DNA of 64,000 bases from a virus (IMGVR_UViG_3300037190_000626:1-64000), one strand, 5' to 3'. Shown: positions 39,180 through 50,700, counted from the first letter of the stretch. Program-made: numbers and translations. Notes: generated by a model not told the origin, from the sequence alone.

Positions 39180-41108
39180 ATGCGGATTAATACGGTTCGC
39201 CTTAAGAACTTTGGGCCGTACGAGGACGCGACATTTAACCTAAATCATGGATTGATTGGAATAGTAGGTCCCAATGGATGTGGGAAGTCGACCCTTGTAA
39301 ACGGCATTTACGCCTGTCTGACGAATGATTTCTCTCGCTTTCACGGTGTGAAGGCGGACATTATTCGTGACACGGCTCCGGCAGATGCTGCCAGCTTCAT
39401 TGAAGTGAATGGTGAGCATCAATCTGTAGAGTTCATACTGCGTCGTAATCTTCGTCCTAATAGTGCGAAGTTGATTATCGCAGGCGAACGTGAATACAAG
39501 AAAGCCGTAGATATCGAGGAACGCTTGGTCAAGGATATCGGACTACACAAGAGATTGATTGACACATATGTGTTTGTGAATCAGTGGAGTATGTTCGAGT
39601 TCCTGTCTCAGACAGACAGCAAGCGTGCTGAGTCTTTCCGCCACCTGTGCGGTACGGAGAAGTCAGCCGATATATATGATGCCTGTACGAAGTTCATGGC
39701 AAGTAGTGAATTGAATGTGGAGATCGTTGATAACAGCGATACTCTGGTAACTAATATCGCAGCTCTATCGAAGGAGATTGCGGAGGAAGAAGAAAAGCTC
39801 AAGGGGTTACAGGACCGACGATTGTCGGAGAATAGCCGTAACGGTGCTTTAGCAGTGGTTCAGAATCATGAGCGTCGAACGTCTCTGGTAAAGAAAATTG
39901 CTGAGTCTGAAGAGAATATACTGAGTTTCGAGAGTAGCTGGCATCTGCGAGAAGAGGAGCGCGTTGTCAGCGATAAAGCAATGTCTGCTGCCTGTCTGCG
40001 GACGGCTCAGACTCTAAAGAGTGTGGGTGCGGCGAATGCCTCCAAGGAGTTGTGGAATGTGTATAACGCTGCTGTGGCTGCGTGTGTGGCGTCTGTTCAT
40101 CGCTTAGATACACACGAAAGCAAGAAGCCGGTTTTAGATTTGTCGCCCGAGGTTTGTCCCACGTGTTTGCAGGAGGTGAAGGGGGAGCATTTGGAAGCTG
40201 CACTTCGCAAGGACTTCGAGGAGAAGCTCGCCTCTTATGAGAAGACTCATTTGATTCTGACAGAGCGGTGCACTCCCCCCGACTCCCCGACGTGTCCTTC
40301 CGAGGAGGAACTGGACATGATGCTGGAGTCGGCAAGTTACGACGAGAGAGTGCTCAAGGAGTGTGAGGCAGACTACAAGGAAAAGATGGATGCTGTTTCT
40401 TCGGTGTATTCGCGGTGGGAGCTAGAAAAGGAAGTAGAAGCTGCCGCTCACTTAGAACTCGAACAACTTCTTCCGACAACGGATGATCTTTATGACCGTG
40501 CGGTGGCTCGTCTTGCAGAGCACGAAGGACTGGCTACGGAGATAAGCGGCATAGAGGGACGCATCAGCGCTAAGCAGGAGTCCCTCAGTGACTACCAGTC
40601 ACTCTTAGACGAGCTTCGTGAGAAGATTGAGCGTCATAAGACTATGGGTGCGTTACGGGAGGTTGTGGGCGATGTCCGGGACGTGTTCCACTGGCAGAAC
40701 CTACCGAAGAAGGTAGCGCAGGCAAATCTGATGGGTATTACTGGAGAGATCAACGAGGCTTTAGAGATTTTCGGCAGCCCTTTCTGGGTGGAGGCGGATG
40801 TAAACTTGTCATTCAAGGTGCATTTTCCTAATTCGCCTGCCCGGTCTGCCGGGTCTTTAAGTGGCGGCCAAAAGGCAGTTCTAGCTATCTGCTTTAGAGT
40901 AGCGGTTAATCGTTTGTTTGGTATGGATACTGGCATGATGTTTCTCGACGAACCTACTGCTGGTTTGGATAATGATAACGTCGAATATTTCCAAGGAGCG
41001 TTATCTGTTCTGGCGGCTGAGGTGCGTGATAAGCGACAATTAGTAATAATTACGCACGCTGCGGAATTGCGAGGAACGTTTGATCAGGTAATTGAGATGG
41101 GTGTATGA
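39180..41108 (+). CDS. Rad50/SbcC-like SMC ATPase
   Basis: GPNGCGKST, zinc hook CPTC, signature LSGGQ, Walker B FLDEPTAGLD, IITH. Confidence 0.92.
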   Translation: MRINTVRLKNFGPYEDATFNLNHGLIGIVGPNGCGKSTLVNGIYACLTNDFSRFHGVKADIIRDTAPADAASFIEVNGEHQSVEFILRRNLRPNSAKLIIAGEREYKKAVDIEERLVKDIGLHKRLIDTYVFVNQWSMFEFLSQTDSKRAESFRHLCGTEKSADIYDACTKFMASSELNVEIVDNSDTLVTNIAALSKEIAEEEEKLKGLQDRRLSENSRNGALAVVQNHERRTSLVKKIAESEENILSFESSWHLREEERVVSDKAMSAACLRTAQTLKSVGAANASKELWNVYNAAVAACVASVHRLDTHESKKPVLDLSPEVCPTCLQEVKGEHLEAALRKDFEEKLASYEKTHLILTERCTPPDSPTCPSEEELDMMLESASYDERVLKECEADYKEKMDAVSSVYSRWELEKEVEAAAHLELEQLLPTTDDLYDRAVARLAEHEGLATEISGIEGRISAKQESLSDYQSLLDELREKIERHKTMGALREVVGDVRDVFHWQNLPKKVAQANLMGITGEINEALEIFGSPFWVEADVNLSFKVHFPNSPARSAGSLSGGQKAVLAICFRVAVNRLFGMDTGMMFLDEPTAGLDNDNVEYFQGALSVLAAEVRDKRQLVIITHAAELRGTFDQVIEMGV

Positions 41109-42028
41109 ATGATGACCTCAGGGTACATACCGACGCCGATGGCATCGTGTGGTGCGGACAACACGGAGTAGGGGCATATTGCACAGGCGATTCTCCGGAT
41201 GAGTTTGTGACAAAGAATGTGTTCAAGACTGCGCCAGTTGTCCGTGCCATGGGCTCTTCGGAGAATAGCAAGTTGCTGTTGGCTATGTATGAACGACATA
41301 AAAAAGCACCTGTGCTGGCGAAGCGGCAGGTATTGTTGGCGAGTCCTATGATTTGTCATACGGAGAAAGTACGCGCCGATCCGGAAGAAGTTCTTTACCG
41401 TCTATGGCAGTCGGACACTACGGCGAGGGTTTCGGCAAATTGGCACCTTATGCGGTCTGTAGATTTTAATGCGTATTTGCTTCACCTTGCGGTGCTAGAC
41501 AGTAAATACGCTGAAGGCGTCACCGACAAAGCAAAGATAATTTTTCAGTATCACCCCGCGTTTAATGCGATTTCATTCTTTGAGAATGTGGATGTAGATT
41601 CTGTAGTTTCTTTGTTGTCGTCAATTTTAGACCCCCGTTGGTATGTACACGCAGAGCGACCAAATAGGTTGTCAAAGTTGTTATGTTTCTTAGGGCTGAC
41701 GATTAGAAATTTTGATGAGTCTTCTGCGACCTTGGGAGGGTACAATTATGATAGAGCTTGTATGGTACATTCTAGCTGGAGCGGATTAGACAGACGTCCA
41801 GTGGATTACACGTCCCCGCGTAGTTTTTTGTGGCGGATTTATCGTCATCACGGAGGGGGCGATAAGGGCAGCTTACGGGCTTCTGAGGCGTTTATGCGTT
41901 TTGTTACTTTACACTGGCTTCAAGGGTTGAGTGGTTCTTCACGTAGACTATTTGACCCTTCGCTGTTTTTTAAGACGAATGATGAGGTCGTGGCGTATAA
42001 CACGCACATGACCGGTATACGGAGTTAG
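41105..42028 (+). CDS. hypothetical protein with IS110-transposase/Nop-like C-terminal helical region
   Basis: SLLSSILDPRWY...RLSKLLCFLGL resembles the IS110 'll.ei.D..RF.....l..y.GL' motif; no catalytic motifs recognised. Confidence 0.4.
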   Translation: MNDDLRVHTDADGIVWCGQHGVGAYCTGDSPDEFVTKNVFKTAPVVRAMGSSENSKLLLAMYERHKKAPVLAKRQVLLASPMICHTEKVRADPEEVLYRLWQSDTTARVSANWHLMRSVDFNAYLLHLAVLDSKYAEGVTDKAKIIFQYHPAFNAISFFENVDVDSVVSLLSSILDPRWYVHAERPNRLSKLLCFLGLTIRNFDESSATLGGYNYDRACMVHSSWSGLDRRPVDYTSPRSFLWRIYRHHGGGDKGSLRASEAFMRFVTLHWLQGLSGSSRRLFDPSLFFKTNDEVVAYNTHMTGIRS

Positions 42029-42033
42029 CTTTA

Positions 42034-42609
42034 ATGACTATGCGGGAGTTGACAGTGCGTATTCGTTTTGTGTCGCCTTCTCTGGGAAACCAGAAAATGG
42101 GAGACGGCTCAGGACGATTTGTTTTTCAAAGAAGCCCCACTGGCGGGATTATATTTTTACCCAGCTGGCACAACGCGAATATGCGTATGGCGGCCCAACT
42201 TTTAAATAGACACCAAAAAGCAGTACAGGACATACACTGGGATATAAATGTGGACGGACTGCTACACAGCAATCCGTGGCATAAGAATCATTACCGTTCC
42301 GCCAAAAGTCAGAAGCTGCGGTATTCTCTTCATGAGGCGTTTAACGTAGGACAAATCATAGGTTTAAACTGCATCGTACCTTCGGTGATAAAAGAAGAAG
42401 ACTTTTGGCAGTTGATGGGTAAAGCAGGCCAGTACAAGGGCCTCTCTCCGTGGAAGCCGGGAGAGCATGGATTTTATGAAGTGGTCTCTATTCGACCACG
42501 ACGAATGAATCGTTCTACGGATGACGATGCGCAATTGTCAGTTACGGATGACCAAGAAGCTGGTACTGCGAATACTAAAATAGAAAGAGCCGATCAGTCT
42601 GATGACTGA
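42034..42609 (+). CDS. second RAMP/Cas7-like protein
   Basis: ELTVRIRFVSPSLG first strand, HEAF..G..I, C-terminal AGQYKGLSPWKPGEHGFYEV Gly-rich loop. Confidence 0.5.
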   Translation: MTMRELTVRIRFVSPSLGNQKMGDGSGRFVFQRSPTGGIIFLPSWHNANMRMAAQLLNRHQKAVQDIHWDINVDGLLHSNPWHKNHYRSAKSQKLRYSLHEAFNVGQIIGLNCIVPSVIKEEDFWQLMGKAGQYKGLSPWKPGEHGFYEVVSIRPRRMNRSTDDDAQLSVTDDQEAGTANTKIERADQSDD

Positions 42610-42731
42610 CCGGCTCTCTCGTGGCGGATGGTTGGTTCCGGTGTGTTCTAGGGAGGTGGCAATTCCCCGAGGGACCCAACTACTTATATATTTTAAGCAT
42701 AAAAGAGAGGGTGTGCAACATAAGGTATAGT

Positions 42732-44240
42732 ATGTCAAGATCAAAAAATGAAAAAATTGTGACGCTATTGAAGCATGGAAATAGGCTATTGGTAGAGCCT
42801 ACCACCCCAAAAATACTGGATATTTTGTCATCAGAGCTTACTTTTACAGAGACAAGCATGGTGCGGGGATGGGAAGCTAAACAACGTAGAAGAGAAGGTA
42901 GGTCCGTTATGGACTATATCGATCACCCGTTGTTTGTATTGGACCATAAGTCGAGAATTGCCTGTCCTTATGGGTTTTGGAAGCGTATTAAGGTGGCTTT
43001 GTCTGGTGCGGGTTATTCCGTGCGATTCAAAGATTTGGCTCCGCACAGTAACCCGGCGGTGTTTGAGCCTTACTGGCAAAACATTAAAGGTATTGAACTT
43101 CGGGAAGGGCAGGACGAGTTTTTATTACAAGTTTTATCTAATCGGTGTGGACGCTTTGATTGTCCTCCGGGTTACGGCAAGTCTTTTTTAATTGGACTTG
43201 TAGGTTGCTTGTTACCTAAGGCTCGTATCGATGTAGTTACTACCCGGGTCTCTGTGCTGCGTGATCGTATATTTCCTGAGCTTTCTCAGTTGTGCGGTGA
43301 CGTGGGTATTGTGGGTGGCGGTAAGAGACGTATCGGCAGGCGTATTATGTGCTACACGGCGGCGTCTATGCACCACGCCACTGGCGACGCAGACATTCTG
43401 TTTGGAGACGAATGCCACGAGCTGGGAGCTGACAGGGCATCTCAGAATCTCATGCGATGGGATACGAGTAGAAACTTCGGGTTGTCTGCCAGCCACGATA
43501 AGCGAATCGACGGAAAGGATCTTCGAGTTGAGGGTATCTTTGGACCCGTGGTGCACAAGGTAGATTACGAGACTGCGAAACAGAACGGACTGGTCCTACC
43601 TATTCATGTTAACTGGTCTAACGTTGTCATGGATTACGATCCTTGCGGCGGCAGACACGATGTGGAGAAGAAGCGGCGAGGCATATGGTGCAACCAAGTT
43701 CGAAATAGTATCATCGCAGAGGACGCGCAAAGATACTCGGACGATCAGCAAGTTTTAATCACTTGTGAGACTATCCAGCACGCAATGAACTTGAAATCCC
43801 TGTTGCCGGAGTTTACTCTTGTATACAGGGAGGGATCGTTAACCTATGCAGATAGAGCTCGTTACGCACGTCAAGGACTTATCGAGCCGGACGAGCGCTT
43901 AATGGATCTTAAGCGTAGAATTTGGCTTACCAAAAGTTTTGAGCGTGGTGAGCTTAAGAAAGTTATTTGTACAACTGTGTGGAACGTGGGTGTATCTTTT
44001 AACTCTCTTGAAGTGCTTATCCGAGCTGACGCTGGCGGTAGTCCTATTAACGATGTACAGATTCCCGGCAGGGTTTCTCGTATAAGTGAAGGGAAGGAAG
44101 TCGGTACTGTGCACGATTATCTGGACCAGTTTAATTCTGGTTTCAAACGTCGAGCCAAGAACCGCAGTAAGACGTATAAAGAGAATAACTGGGAGCAAAG
44201 CTTCCCCCGAGAAGGTTTAATTGAGGAGTACTTAGCATGA
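42732..44240 (+). CDS. superfamily 2 DNA helicase (UvsW-like)
   Basis: CPPGYGKS, DECH, GLSAS, TTVWNVGVS, QIPGRVSR. Confidence 0.88.
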   Translation: MSRSKNEKIVTLLKHGNRLLVEPTTPKILDILSSELTFTETSMVRGWEAKQRRREGRSVMDYIDHPLFVLDHKSRIACPYGFWKRIKVALSGAGYSVRFKDLAPHSNPAVFEPYWQNIKGIELREGQDEFLLQVLSNRCGRFDCPPGYGKSFLIGLVGCLLPKARIDVVTTRVSVLRDRIFPELSQLCGDVGIVGGGKRRIGRRIMCYTAASMHHATGDADILFGDECHELGADRASQNLMRWDTSRNFGLSASHDKRIDGKDLRVEGIFGPVVHKVDYETAKQNGLVLPIHVNWSNVVMDYDPCGGRHDVEKKRRGIWCNQVRNSIIAEDAQRYSDDQQVLITCETIQHAMNLKSLLPEFTLVYREGSLTYADRARYARQGLIEPDERLMDLKRRIWLTKSFERGELKKVICTTVWNVGVSFNSLEVLIRADAGGSPINDVQIPGRVSRISEGKEVGTVHDYLDQFNSGFKRRAKNRSKTYKENNWEQSFPREGLIEEYLA

Positions 44241-45073
44241 TCAATGCTCGTACACACCGAAAGCAGCCAATGCCGGGGACGGAGTCCAAGTCAGTTCGAT
44301 TGTCTAATCAACTGGCGCCAGCCGAGGAGCGGCTAAGCGACGACTTAAAGAAAACGTACACGCTGGAACGTCGTCTTTTGGACGAGCGGTGTGGTCGTAG
44401 TCGTGGTCGTCCTTACAGTCCGTCCCCACGATACGATGGGGAGGATACAAGGGCAACGATTGAGGATATTCAACGAAAGCCGGAGAACACGTGGGTGAAA
44501 GTGGTGCGGGAACTTTGGCCCGCGAATGTTCACCCGTGTATTTATGTCCGGACTATTTTTCGCGGTATAGGCGGGACTGCTATGGCACCGCCGTATCCTC
44601 ATCAACTTTTGAGTAAGAAGTGGAAAGAATTTTTCCACGCGGAGAGCGCCAGATTAATTGATGAAATTCCTGCGGGGTTTTCCCGGCAATCAGAATTTTC
44701 TGCCTCCTCCATCTTGCGAAGTCAGCGTATATTGGGGTATGACTTACAACAGTCTGTGTACTATTTGTTGACGGACCGGCTGGCTCCTTTGACTTCGCTT
44801 TACCGCCATAGTTTAGCGAAGTCAATGTTACGGGAGCCAAACTTGTCGAAGATTGATCGTCCTGCATTGTTCGAGGGTGTGGCAGCCAGAACAGAGCGGC
44901 AGGCAGTCATTCAGTACACGCAATTCAGTGCTCAATACGCAGAGCACTGGAGGTTGATTCTTCCGGATGGCTTCCGGGAGACGGCGGAAAGGATTTACGG
45001 CGGATTATTGACGGTGTGTTTAAATGAGGGAGAGTTCGATGTCAAAACAGCGGTCACGGTTGACCGCTCGTGA
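44237..45073 (+). CDS. hypothetical replication-module protein
   Basis: 278 aa ORF overlapping both helicase genes. Confidence 0.55.
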   Translation: MINARTHRKQPMPGTESKSVRLSNQLAPAEERLSDDLKKTYTLERRLLDERCGRSRGRPYSPSPRYDGEDTRATIEDIQRKPENTWVKVVRELWPANVHPCIYVRTIFRGIGGTAMAPPYPHQLLSKKWKEFFHAESARLIDEIPAGFSRQSEFSASSILRSQRILGYDLQQSVYYLLTDRLAPLTSLYRHSLAKSMLREPNLSKIDRPALFEGVAARTERQAVIQYTQFSAQYAEHWRLILPDGFRETAERIYGGLLTVCLNEGEFDVKTAVTVDRS

Positions 45074-46727
45074 AATCAGACAATGCTTAAAGGTATTGTG
45101 TAGAAGTACGGAGCTATTTTCGTTATTTCACGAGCAACTTGAAGTTAACCACTTCAAAGGTTTTGAGATCTATCAGCTCGTATACCGTGTGCTAACTAAT
45201 TTTTATGGGGAGCATACTGAGCTACCCGGTCCCGGTGTCGTGTGGACCGAGTGTGACTCTATCCTTGAACAAATGCCAGAGCATTTTACAGGGGGAGAGC
45301 TTGAGGATCTTGAAGAATTTTTAAATGACACATACGAATCTGAAGAGTGGACTGGCGTTGTTGAGGATAAACAGCAAGTCCGCTGGGCGCTTAATAAGGT
45401 TCGTGATTTTATTGAAGAGCGCGTAATTACGGACTGTGTGGCTCCCTTATTGGGTGGCCCTACGGTTCCGATAGACTTACCTGACTTTTTGGTTCAGATG
45501 GGTGACCGTGTCACACAGATACAATCCATCGAGGAGCAGGAAGAAGGTAATTTAACATTCGGCAGTGACTGGGATAAGCGGGCTGGACTTCCTATACGTT
45601 CTACAGGCTTGTCGTATCTCGATGAGTTCATGTCTGGCGGTCACTGTGTTGGGGAAGTGTATGGCATTTTAGCGCCATACGGTACTTGTAAGACCACGTT
45701 GGCTACTATGCTGGCGTGTAATGAAGCGAGACATGCGCAGCAGGAGTATGACCCAACACGTCCAGATCGGTGCGGTATTTCGGTGATTGTTTCTTATGAG
45801 GCTCCTAAGCAGCCTGAGTTACATCACCGTTTTTTAATGTACCTTGCACAGATACGCCGAGATTCTTTGGAGGCTATGGGTGCTGATGGACTTAGCAGCC
45901 TAGGCGGTGACGTGGATAACCCGTTACCTTACGAGAAAGAATTATTTTATCAGCATATTCAAGATCAGATGTTTATACCGGAAGCCACACGAGCACTTCA
46001 GTGTGTGGACTTACTAAATAAACATTGTCTTGTGTTGGATATGACTGGTAATGATCCCACTTACCCCGGTGCGGGCGGTGGGGGGCTTAAGGAAATAAGT
46101 CGACGGATTCGACTTGAGCTTGCAAGGCGAGGCCCTGAGTACTATCTCACTTCAGTGGTGATTGACTACGTAGGAGCTTTGGTTAAGCGAGCGATGGCTG
46201 TATCTAATGAGGATAGCAACGAGCTTCGCCATCACATTACTAAAGTTCCGTTACTCGCGAGGAACGAGATTGCGACGGAATTTAAATGTCCGGTGTGGTT
46301 AGTACACCAGCTTTCTGGTCAAGCAAATTCAGTGCTTAAACCGGGGGCTTCGTTGCACCATACCGATTCTGCGGAGTCTAAGAGCTTCGCGGAAAACTTA
46401 GATTTTGCCTTCGTGATAGGTAATCTTAACGCGGATAATATGGGACAGATAGCTTGCACTAAGCACCGACGCGCAGCGAACGCACCACCTAAAGTGATTC
46501 AGGTGGATGGTATGTTCAATACTGTGTTGGCGCGAGATGACATGTTTGTCGATTCTCATACACGTGCCATTTTGGATAAAGATACTGCTAGCACTGCGGG
46601 TGTCGTTTCGTCACCCAGCTCAGTAGATTATTCCGCAAATGACTTAATGATGGATGACAATGAAATGACATGGGAACAAGAAAATGAGTCAAATGACCCC
46701 GGAGGCGACGAATTCAGTTTTGAATAG
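45039..46727 (+). CDS. DnaB-like replicative helicase
   Basis: STGLSYLDEFMSGG, LAPYGTCKTT (variant Walker A), SYE, VIDY, PVWLVHQL, acidic tail. Confidence 0.8.
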   Translation: MSKQRSRLTAREIRQCLKVLCRSTELFSLFHEQLEVNHFKGFEIYQLVYRVLTNFYGEHTELPGPGVVWTECDSILEQMPEHFTGGELEDLEEFLNDTYESEEWTGVVEDKQQVRWALNKVRDFIEERVITDCVAPLLGGPTVPIDLPDFLVQMGDRVTQIQSIEEQEEGNLTFGSDWDKRAGLPIRSTGLSYLDEFMSGGHCVGEVYGILAPYGTCKTTLATMLACNEARHAQQEYDPTRPDRCGISVIVSYEAPKQPELHHRFLMYLAQIRRDSLEAMGADGLSSLGGDVDNPLPYEKELFYQHIQDQMFIPEATRALQCVDLLNKHCLVLDMTGNDPTYPGAGGGGLKEISRRIRLELARRGPEYYLTSVVIDYVGALVKRAMAVSNEDSNELRHHITKVPLLARNEIATEFKCPVWLVHQLSGQANSVLKPGASLHHTDSAESKSFAENLDFAFVIGNLNADNMGQIACTKHRRAANAPPKVIQVDGMFNTVLARDDMFVDSHTRAILDKDTASTAGVVSSPSSVDYSANDLMMDDNEMTWEQENESNDPGGDEFSFE

Positions 46728-47778
46728 TCAGTTGTATCTTGCTTGTAAGCAAGTTTTCAGCCACGTCAAAGTTCAAAATCAAGGACAATCACAGCAGCGG
46801 TCCTTAACGTACGATCTTGTGACTAATAAGCACAAGCCGTCCGTAGAATACTCAGGAGAGTATTATATTGTTAGCTGTCCATTCTGTGCAGATACCCGTT
46901 TTAGACTTTACATAAACCACCGGTTCGGCGTTAAAGACGAATTCGGTCGTGAGGAGCTTCATCTCGCTCATTGCTTTAATGACGATTGCTTGAGCGTTTA
47001 TGATAACCGAGTCAAGCTGCACGATATGGTGAAAGGGCGTTATCGTTTCGCACCCGTGGTGAGACCCGGAGTCGAAATAGACGTTTCCGATTTTGTGGCT
47101 AAGTGGCCCGGCACTGTGAAGCGTGTGGATGCTTTGGAAGACAACCACCCTGCTCGTGCTTACCTGCGGTCGAGAAGTTTTGACCCAGATAGAATTGCGC
47201 GTTTTTACAATGTGCACTTCTGTGAGCAGAGCGACCGATGGTTGTGCAATAATCGGCTGATTATCCCCATCTATCACGACCGTGAGATGCGTGGATGGCA
47301 GGCGAGATACGTGGGTGAACTCAATTGGAAAGATCCTGAGACTCCGCCCAAGTACTATACGTGTCCCGGCACTAAACGTAGCCAGATGTTGTACAACCTT
47401 GCGAACGCCTCCCGCTATGAGACAGGCGTAATCGTGGAGGGCGTAACAGACGTGTGGGCGTTTGGACCGATGTCGGTATGCACATTGGGGGCGAGCATGA
47501 CAGCTCGTCAGCAGAGCTTGTTTGTTTCTGCCTTTGAGAGGCATACAGGCGTTTTATTGTATGACCCGGAAGAGATGGAAAAGCCTGCTATTCAGAAATT
47601 GATTTCTGATTTGAAAGGTAAGTGTGGTGGTGGTTTTGCCGCTGTAACGCTTCCGGCAGGTGTTGACCCGGGTCAAATGGATAGGCAGCTTATGCGTGAT
47701 TTCGTATCGCAGGAAGCTGCGAAACAGGGCTGCACAGTTAGTTGGGCTAAACGAAGTGAGGAGAATAAAGATGGCTAG
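46684..47778 (+). CDS. DNA primase (zinc finger + TOPRIM)
   Basis: CPFC...HCFN.DC zinc finger, RLIIPI, WQAR, PKYY, VEGVTDVW, YDPE, GVDPG. Confidence 0.88.
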   Translation: MSQMTPEATNSVLNSQLYLACKQVFSHVKVQNQGQSQQRSLTYDLVTNKHKPSVEYSGEYYIVSCPFCADTRFRLYINHRFGVKDEFGREELHLAHCFNDDCLSVYDNRVKLHDMVKGRYRFAPVVRPGVEIDVSDFVAKWPGTVKRVDALEDNHPARAYLRSRSFDPDRIARFYNVHFCEQSDRWLCNNRLIIPIYHDREMRGWQARYVGELNWKDPETPPKYYTCPGTKRSQMLYNLANASRYETGVIVEGVTDVWAFGPMSVCTLGASMTARQQSLFVSAFERHTGVLLYDPEEMEKPAIQKLISDLKGKCGGGFAAVTLPAGVDPGQMDRQLMRDFVSQEAAKQGCTVSWAKRSEENKDG

Positions 47779-50700
47779 ATTGAGACGTAAGATAAGTATG
47801 GATGCGTCTGGCCCTCCTCAACTGGGGACAGCCAGAACGTTGTCTAAGGCCGCTGATGCCGACAGGAAATTTGATCGTCAGCGAAAAGATGTTGAGGGGG
47901 TAGGTATGTATCCTTTGAATGCTCCCGGCATGCCTCTTCCACCGCCTATCGGCGGCTTTGTGAAAATGGCTGAGTATATGGGAGACAAGGAAACTGTCAT
48001 CAGCCAGAAAACTAGGAAGGGTGTCAAGATCACGGAGTTCGATCCTAGCGATATGCTTAAGGAGTTGTACGCGGAGGCCCTACGTAACCCCAATTTCCAG
48101 TGCAAAGTGTCGGTGGGACCGCACAGGGAAAAGCTGGCACAGTTTGTACCGGGTCACATCTGGGGCCAGCATATTATCGACGAAGGTAAGGGCGTAGACG
48201 GTCCTCATCCTGCGAAGGTGATGATTATCGGCAAGATGCCGTGGAAAGAGGAGGTGTCTAATCAGCGCAATATGACCGGTGAGTCGGGTCAGCTGTTGAC
48301 AGACATTCTCAGCGAGTTGCGTGTTCGTGGTTGGGGTAAGTGGTATGTAACTAACGTTCTTAAGTTTATGCCGCCAGACCTATCTACACGGATTAAAAGT
48401 CTGTGGTTGAAGGATTGCCTTCCGTTGCTACATCAGGAATTGCGGATTGTAAAGCCGGATTTTATCCTGTGCCTAGGGACAGACGCGAGTAAGTCTCTTC
48501 TAGGTCCGAAGCACACTGTTTCGTACATGGATGGGCGTGTAGAGGAGATCACATTTCCTACAGCCTTCGATTCTTCTGATCCTGAGGGACTGCGGGAACA
48601 CACAGCTAAAGTGATGGGTGTAGTTCATCCGGCGCAGGTTATGCGTGATCCGTCTTCCCGTCGTCAATTGGAAAAAGGACTTTCTCGGTTCAGTATGCTG
48701 GTACGAGGTAGGGATTTGTCCGAGGGCGAAGATGATATAGATCACCGGACCATCGATCATAGCGACGCTTTATTGTCTTTACTTCTGGAGATAGAAGATA
48801 ACGAAGAGTTTAGTAAGACAAACGTTGTTGCTGTTGATGCAGAGTGGCATGGAGACCACCCTGTGAATGCTGGTAGCTACATGCGGACTATTCAGTTTGC
48901 GTGGCTACCTAAGTGTGCTGCGGGCATTAAGCTCACTGGCCCCGGGGGTGCGGAGGTCTTCAGGGACAGCGATGGTAATGTCAACGTAGACGACGCTATT
49001 AGTTTGTTAAACGCATTCTTCCGTGGCGGAACATACGGGGAACATAAGTTCCGGGCTAAAAGAGTAGTTGGGCACTTTTTTAATGCGGACCTTGAGTGGC
49101 TTGTCCATTACGGTTTAGACCTGCGGAAGTCTTTCTCTACCCCGTTGTACGATTTAAAAATAGAAGACGAGACATCTCCATATCTTAAATTAGGGTTTTC
49201 GGTTGGTGACGTAGTTCCCGCATGGTACCGCTCAAAATACGAGGGCGGAGCTGATACGGGATTGATGGTGCACGCCATTGAAGAAACGGCACAGTACAAG
49301 TTGGAATCTCTCGCTATTCGCTACACCATGGCTCCTAGATATGACGCCGCTTTGGGGGAGTGGAAAACACAGCACTGCAAGGAGAAGGGTTTTTCCTCGA
49401 AGGGTTTGGAGGGGTACGGGGAGTGCCCTGACGACGTATTGTTACCTTATGGAATTTACGATGCGGATGTCACTCTTCGGCTTTTCTATCAGTTTGATGT
49501 TCTTTTGGATGAGGATTATGACGGTAACTGTTGTAGAGAGGCTTTTTGGGAATCGCAAGTAGCTACTCCCGCTGTGTTGGAGATCCACCAGACCGGGGTT
49601 CTTCTTAACATGGAAAGAGTTACTACACTCACACAGGCATTCTTGGGTGCCCGCGACGAAAAGATAGAGAAGCTCAGAGAATTGATGAAGTGGCCGGAGT
49701 TTAATCCCCGGTCATTGCAGCACGTTCGTGAGTTCCTCTTTGGGGTGCCGCTGAGCGGCAAGAGGGACGCGGACGGCAATCCTGTGCGTCTTGGACCCTC
49801 AGACGCGTTACGGCTGAATTTGGAGCCTTTGTTTGATACTTCTAAGCCGCCCAAGGCGTGGGTAGATATTAAAGCAATAGGCAAAGAGGACGAGCATAAT
49901 CCCAGCACCGGAAAGCAGGCTTTGTCTATTATTGCGCAAGAAGCTGGTGATCTGTTCCTTCTTGGTCCGGATTTCCCGTCGGCTGGGGATTATGTGAACC
50001 TCTTGCGAGACCACAGATTTTTGGATCAGGTACTCAAGACTGTTTTACGCCCGCCGGAGATGGATGAGGACGGTAATTTTGTACGTGATGAGAATGGCGA
50101 TCTAGACTACAGGGAGGGTCTGGCTGGTCATACTTGTGACGATGGTCGTGTACGGACTCACATCTATCAGACTTTGGAAACTGGCAGATGGGCATCGGCC
50201 CGGCCAAACTTGCAAAATATCTCGAAGAGCCGGGATAACGATTACAAACGGCTACTCGGGGACGGTTATAAGCATAAGCTTAGGTCTATGTTTACGGCTT
50301 CTACTGGTACTGTTTTTGTAGAGGCTGATTATGTGGGTGCTGAGTTGTTTGGAATGGCCATTATGTCGGGTGACACGCGTATGATCGACCATGCTAAACG
50401 TAACCAACTAGGTGAGTCAGATCCGGATTTCTATGATATTCACAGCAATGTTGCGAAGTTCGCATTTGGTTTAGATTGTGCCCCTACGAAATCAGGCCTT
50501 GTCGCTATAAATGCGTCTCATTTGCGAATTGTCGCTAAGAGTGTAATATTTGGGATAGCTTACGGTCGTGGGGCCAAGGCTATCGCAGTAGCGGCAAAGG
50601 AACAAGGAATAGATATTAGTGTGGGGGATGCGCAACGTATCATTGACGCTATATTTTCTATGTACCCGGGTTTAAAACCGTTTTTTGCGGAGTGTCAGGC

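Noticed and set aside
41105-42028. Active IS110 insertion sequence
   Set aside because: No recognisable DEDD RuvC-like motif or catalytic SG motif, no non-coding ends, and the gene is tightly packed with phage replication genes.
45039-46727. Self-targeting of the phage helicase by the Walker A guide
   Set aside because: The helicase P-loop codons (gc-cc-ta-gg-ac-tg-aa-ac) do not match the guide string (gc-cg-cc-gg-ca-gg-aa-tc). A full self-search of all units was not feasible by eye.
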